Origin: Bacteroidota bacterium
GTDB taxonomy: Bacteria; Bacteroidota; Bacteroidia; Bacteroidales; UBA12077
DNA length: 55,338 bases
Direction: 5' to 3'
Assembly: GCA_020049295.1 (NCBI GenBank)
Contig: JAIFLC010000024.1
Coordinates: 1 to 55,338 of the forward strand
Positions within the stretch are counted from its first letter, which is position 1. Each line of letters starts with the position of its first letter. The position numbers were made by a program, and so were the translations under genes. Below the pieces are notes generated by a model. That model saw nothing but the letters and a program-made list of their open reading frames with translations, was not told the origin of the DNA and ran no database searches. Below, piece by piece: positions 51,901-55,338 of the stretch.

Positions 51901-52161
51901 GTTGGTTTTTTTGATGTAGGTACAGCCTGGAGTGGTTCATCGCCCTGGTCGGATGAAAATGCTTACAGTAAAAAAGTAATTCAGAACAAACCTATAACAA
52001 TAACCATTGATACAGAAAAAGATCCGATAGTTGCGGGTTATGGTGTTGGTTTGCGGGTTATGGTGCTGGGATATTTTATTCGACTCGACTGGGCTTGGGG
52101 AATAGAAAATCAGGAGGTTTTACTAAGAGTTTTTTATTTTTCGTTAAGTTTGGATTTTTAA
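48928..52161 (+). CDS. Omp85/BamA-like outer-membrane protein with TolB-like beta-propeller
   Basis: Signal peptide; ISPKGDYIAY and SSDGSKMVFS repeats; MRGF lid-loop-like motif; GFFDVGTAW, GYGVGLR, ends SLDF. Confidence 0.78.
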   Translation: MPRKLLFLFICLISCSSTYLFGQFYNGHQMDFGKKRVQYNDFFWSFIKNDKYDTYFNQEGEAIARFTDQYAYNEIIRIEQLLNYELKDKLILVVFNKFSDFKQSNIGLVTGKSEYNTGGITKINRNKISLFFQGNHIEYEKQIRETIAEAIITEMLLGSSLSENISSSTLLNIPDWFIKGLSSYLAEDWNLEIENKVKDGIESKSYLKLNHLSGNDAKIAGHSFWKFLNEYYGGTIIPDILFITRINKGINHSLETVLGVSTKELTNQWFTYFYDYYAKEKSFFADTLYKPTNIIRNPKPEREYYQFKISPKGDYIAYVSNEKGLYKIWVYNTKTGKTKKVYKDGYKLKQINDFTYPVLSWHPGGNYLTIITEYQNKLQIIQYSIDDDVLSYRNLFSFDKILDFSYSSDGSKMVFSAVRNGLTDIFVYDVASSTSTQVTKDISDEFNPRFIKNDQEIIFSSNRISENLTDNNQLIYLNNSDLFIFNLKQKDKKLTNLSNTENISEKQPFEANNNYIYLSDKNGIQNLYFAFYDSTINFIDTAIHYRYYLNEKALSNNSRNIIEYDVNKWNNQYVKLSFQDNLFNAEYNKDLDFVKSSEYKMELTNYRKKVETENIKSSDFIESKKDTPDSATIFSTENNYADINHYSFEIEKPYYSYKYHNIPIDTTVIQKSTPKIQIYQRTFFTNELVSQVDFSFLNSSYQTFTGGAVYFNPGLNALIKIGATDLLEDYKIIAGVRLSLDFKSNEYLVSFENLKRKIDEQYIFHRQSFENTTPDFVSKTLSHKLMYIRTIPFSQVAGLTGSITLRYDKLTYLATDRNTLQKPDNQKLWGGLKLEYIFDNTISTGINLYSGTRFKLFGEYYRQINSSESDLFVLGGDFRHYIEIHRDLIFASRLAASTSFGKSKLIYYLGGVDNWTNFSGTTPTFIPLNEIPINTDEDYAFQASATNMRGFPQNIRNGNSFALINTELRWPFVKYFSNYPLSSSFWTNMQLVGFFDVGTAWSGSSPWSDENAYSKKVIQNKPITITIDTEKDPIVAGYGVGLRVMVLGYFIRLDWAWGIENQEVLLRVFYFSLSLDF

Positions 52162-52171
52162 AACATACTAT

Positions 52172-52540
52172 ATGAGTGCAAACGAGCTGATTTTATTACT
52201 TGTTATTGGTCTTTTTGCCGGATTTGTAGGCGGAGCATTAGGACTTGGTGGTGGAATAATAATTGTTCCTGCACTGGTTTTCATAATGGGATTTTCCCAA
52301 CATCAGGCACAAGGAACCAGTCTTCTTGTGTTGCTTTTACCTGTGGGTATTTTCGCTGTAATGCATTATGCAAAAAACAATTATATTGATTATAAGTATG
52401 CTGCCGTTTTAATCATCGCTACTGTTTTGGGAAGTTATGTTGGCTCGGTAGTTTCAACTCATATACCTGCAAAAACGCTTAAAACAATTTTTGGGGTTTT
52501 TATGTTACTTGTTTCGTTAAAAATGATTTTTAATAAGTAA
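52172..52540 (+). CDS. TauE/SafE (TSUP) family transporter, half-length
   Basis: GLFAGFVGGALGLGGGIIIVPAL, AQGTSL; 122 aa. Confidence 0.88.
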   Translation: MSANELILLLVIGLFAGFVGGALGLGGGIIIVPALVFIMGFSQHQAQGTSLLVLLLPVGIFAVMHYAKNNYIDYKYAAVLIIATVLGSYVGSVVSTHIPAKTLKTIFGVFMLLVSLKMIFNK

Positions 52541-52545
52541 ATCAA

Positions 52546-53736
52546 ATGGACCTAAAGGAAAAAATTAGAACACTAACAGAAAAACATTTTTCTCAGGTTG
52601 TTGAAATAAGACAACATATTCATAAAAACCCCGAGTTGTCTTTTAAAGAGTTCGAAACTTCAACATATATCACATCGGTACTCAACTCAATACAAGTAAA
52701 ACACAAAACTGGAATTGCAGGAACAGGTATAGTTGGCATTATCGAAGGAAAAAATCCGGATAAAAGATGCATTGCACTAAGAGCTGATATGGATGCCTTA
52801 CCTATTGATGAAAAAAATGAAATCCCTTTTAAATCAGCAAACAATGGAATTATGCATGCCTGCGGGCACGATGCTCATACAGCTTCTTTATTAGGAGCCA
52901 TAATGATTTTAAATGAATTGAAAAACGAATTTGAAGGAACCGTTAAGTTCATTTTTCAGCCTGCCGAAGAGAAAATACCAGGTGGAGCAAAAATGATGAT
53001 TGAAGAAGGTGTACTTAAAGACCCTAAACCATCGTTAATTATTGCTCAGCATGCTTATCCCGAATTATTCTCAGGTATGATTGGTATAAAATCCGGAATC
53101 TATATGGCTTCGAGCGATGAGATTTATATCACCGTTAAAGGCAAAGGTGGACATGCTGCAATACCAGATAAAATTGATAATACAGTACTCGTAGCATCAA
53201 AACTTATTGTTGAGTTACAACAGATTTCGAGTAATCTTGCTCCAAAAGGAATACCAACCGTTTTGTCAATTGGTAAAGTAATTGCTCAGGGAGCAACCAA
53301 TATTATTCCGGATGAAGTATTTTTGGAAGGAACATTCCGCACCATGAACGAAGAATGGAGAGCGAAAGCACACTCCGAAATAAACAGAATTGCACAAGAC
53401 ATAGCCAACCAAAATAAGCTAAGCATTGAAGTAAAAATCTTAAAAGGATATCCTGTATTATCGAATCATGCTGAATCGACTAAAAAAGCTATTATAAACG
53501 CACAAGATTTTATTGGAAAGGAAAATGTTGTACTTCTTGAATCACGAATGACATCAGAAGATTTTGCCTATTATTCGCAAGAAATTCCTGCAGTGTTTTA
53601 CCGTTTTGGAGTAACTAAACCAGGCTCAACCTCATTTTCGCCTTTACATTCGCCAAACTTTACAATACACGAAGAATCGTTAAAAACAGCCATGGCTCTA
53701 ATAACATATCAGGCAATTAAATTTTTAAATGATTAA
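52546..53736 (+). CDS. M20D-family amidohydrolase
   Basis: HKNPELSFKE, LRADMDALP, MHACGHD, FQPAEE, SEDF. Confidence 0.95.
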   Translation: MDLKEKIRTLTEKHFSQVVEIRQHIHKNPELSFKEFETSTYITSVLNSIQVKHKTGIAGTGIVGIIEGKNPDKRCIALRADMDALPIDEKNEIPFKSANNGIMHACGHDAHTASLLGAIMILNELKNEFEGTVKFIFQPAEEKIPGGAKMMIEEGVLKDPKPSLIIAQHAYPELFSGMIGIKSGIYMASSDEIYITVKGKGGHAAIPDKIDNTVLVASKLIVELQQISSNLAPKGIPTVLSIGKVIAQGATNIIPDEVFLEGTFRTMNEEWRAKAHSEINRIAQDIANQNKLSIEVKILKGYPVLSNHAESTKKAIINAQDFIGKENVVLLESRMTSEDFAYYSQEIPAVFYRFGVTKPGSTSFSPLHSPNFTIHEESLKTAMALITYQAIKFLND

Positions 53737-53902
53737 GTCCTTCTGTTTTAGATATCTGATAATGAAAATAAACATACTTATTTAGAAAGATTCTAAATTA
53801 ATACTAAAAGACCAATTAATGATTAAATTCTTTTTCTATTCAATTTTTGCAGATAATTTTGTACATGAATAAATATTAATTGTAAACTTAAAAACAAATA
53901 GT

Positions 53903-54070
53903 ATGGCTTACAAAATAAGTGATGACTGCACAGCTTGTGGTACATGTATTGACGAATGTCCAGTTGAAGCAATATCTGAAGGTGATATCTACAAAATTGA
54001 TCCAGATACTTGTACAGATTGTGGTGCATGTGCTGATGTTTGCCCAGTAGAGGCTATTCATCCAGCTTAA
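53903..54070 (+). CDS. 2[4Fe-4S] ferredoxin, 55 aa (not in ORF track)
   Basis: MAYKISDDCTACGTCIDECPVEAISEGDIYKIDPDTCTDCGACADVCPVEAIHPA: two CxxCxxCxxxCP motifs. Confidence 0.97.
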   Translation: MAYKISDDCTACGTCIDECPVEAISEGDIYKIDPDTCTDCGACADVCPVEAIHPA

Positions 54071-54090
54071 TCCATAAGCAACAACAAAAT

Positions 54091-54115
54091 AGCCCGCCTG
54101 GTGCGGGTTTTTTTT
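54091..54115 (+). terminator. Intrinsic terminator after ferredoxin
   Basis: agcccgc-ctggt-gcgggtt followed by a T run. Confidence 0.85.
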
Positions 54116-54147
54116 ATTTTCAGATGTAATTTTTAAAAACAAATAAT

Positions 54148-54885
54148 ATGTCTTTAGTAGAAGAATTTGACAAAACAGGAAACTGGTTTTTTAAATACCG
54201 CAGTTTTTTACCATTGGTACTTTTTCCATTGGCAACACTTGTGGTTTACTTAGAAGCTCGCCAAGATTTTGCATTCTCAGGTCTTAAATGGTCTATATTC
54301 TGTTTGTTTATTTCATTGTTAGGATTAGCAGTAAGAATATTGGTTATCGGATTTACTCCAAGCGGAACATCCGGTCGAAATACCGATCAGCAGGTAGCTG
54401 AAAGTTTAAATACCAAAGGGATATATTCTGTAGTTCGCCACCCACTTTATCTGGGTAACTTCTTAATGTGGTTCGGGATCATTTTGTTTGTGAATAATTA
54501 TTGGTTTACAGCAGTTTGTATTCTTCTGTTTTGGCTGTATTACGAAAGAATAATGTTTGCTGAAGAGCAATTTTTAAAACGCAAGTTTGGTGAGCAATAT
54601 CTGGAATGGTCGTTACGTACACCTGCATTTTTTCCACGACTTAAAGGCTGGGAAAATGCAGATTTACAATTCTCGTTTAAAAATGTATTAAAAAGAGAAT
54701 ACAATGGGTTATTTGCCATAGGTATTTCATTTGCATATTTAGATGTATTAAGAAACTATGTTGAATATAGCAAATTCAAAATTTCCGGATTTTGGCTCTA
54801 TATATTGATTATTACGTTTATTGTTTTTATTGTTTTGCGTACGTTAAAAAAATCGACTAGAGTATTGCATGTTAAGGGCAGATAA
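54148..54885 (+). CDS. ICMT/PEMT-family membrane methyltransferase (LmtA-like)
   Basis: LNTKGIYSVVRHPLYLGN, AEEQFL..KFG..Y..W...TP.FFP; GTSGRNT. Confidence 0.82.
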   Translation: MSLVEEFDKTGNWFFKYRSFLPLVLFPLATLVVYLEARQDFAFSGLKWSIFCLFISLLGLAVRILVIGFTPSGTSGRNTDQQVAESLNTKGIYSVVRHPLYLGNFLMWFGIILFVNNYWFTAVCILLFWLYYERIMFAEEQFLKRKFGEQYLEWSLRTPAFFPRLKGWENADLQFSFKNVLKREYNGLFAIGISFAYLDVLRNYVEYSKFKISGFWLYILIITFIVFIVLRTLKKSTRVLHVKGR

Positions 54886-54997
54886 TGGATACAGCATTAT
54901 TAGCATTGATAAAAATTCTTTTATTAAAATAAGGACAAAAAAGTAGGACTGATTTTTTGTTTTAACAAAAAACATGTTTACATTTGCAACTCTTTTA

Positions 54998-55072
54998 CGG
55001 GGTGTAGCGTAGTCCGGTCATCGCGCCTGCTTTGGGAGCAGGAGGTCGCAGGTTCGAATCCTGCCACCCCGA
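54998..55072 (+). tRNA. tRNA-Pro(UGG)
   Basis: Acceptor CGGGGTG/CACCCCG, anticodon arm cctgc-ttTGGga-gcagg, T arm gcagg-TTCGAAT-cctgc; CCA not encoded; TACATTTG box at 54979-54986. Confidence 0.97.
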
Positions 55073-55078
55073 CAAAAG

Positions 55079-55108
55079 AAAAGCCTTGTACGATAGTATA
55101 GGGCTTTT
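55079..55108 (+). terminator. Hairpin / terminator after tRNA
   Basis: aaaagccttgtac-gata-gtatagggctttt followed by a T-rich tract. Confidence 0.7.
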
Positions 55109-55147
55109 ATATTTTTTGATAGATCGAAGCCTGCTTCGAGGCTGAAA

Positions 55148-55338
55148 AAAAATATAAAAGACCGTATTTTGCGAAGCAAAAAAGGCTTTTCTTTTAATCG
55201 AACTCCCCTATCAGGATCATGAAATAATCCTGCTTTTAACTGGAAACTTACTTCAGAATTTATAAAAATATAAAAGACCGTATTTTGCGAAGCAAAAAAG
55301 GCTTTTCTTTTAATCGAACTCCCCTATCAGGATCATGA
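55148..55338. repeat. Exact 75-bp direct repeat (55148-55222 and 55264-55338); second copy ends at the window edge
   Basis: Base-by-base identity, offset 116 bp. Confidence 0.93.

Noticed and set aside
8770-52844. Remaining short ORFs nested within or antisense to long genes
   Set aside because: No motifs, and each is overlapped by a well-supported CDS; no sign of recoding or an alternative genetic code.
53823-54142. Two - strand ORFs
   Set aside because: Shadows of the ferredoxin gene.
55148-55338. Terminal repeat as a CRISPR array or integration att site
   Set aside because: A 75-bp unit is too long for a typical CRISPR repeat, it does not duplicate the tRNA 3' end, and no cas or integrase gene is in view.

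Overview
Low-GC chromosomal window from a Bacteroidota organism, most likely Bacteroidales (gldB next to nadE, murF-alr fusion, TAnnTTTG promoter boxes). Most of it is housekeeping and envelope genes: nadE, tdk, rsmI, DEAD-box helicase, bcp, recA, miaA, smpB, uvrA, lpdA, Zn-type ABC transporter, meaB, tRNA-Pro. Two real CDSs are missing from the ORF track: a cytoplasmic hybrid histidine kinase running off the left edge (<1..2837, -) with ten tandem 21-aa repeats, and a 55-aa 2[4Fe-4S] ferredoxin (53903..54070). The two best candidate systems are regulatory. (1) At the left end, the AraC gene and a 61-aa membrane-protein gene share a bipartite upstream motif with identical spacing, next to the repeat kinase. 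(2) An ECF sigma / beta-barrel anti-sigma pair lies back-to-back with a hinge-less lipoprotein serpin, with twin GCAACY-N16-CATCTA motifs between them. No CRISPR array, transposase, integrase or prophage gene was seen. All calls come from reading motifs by eye; no database search was run.
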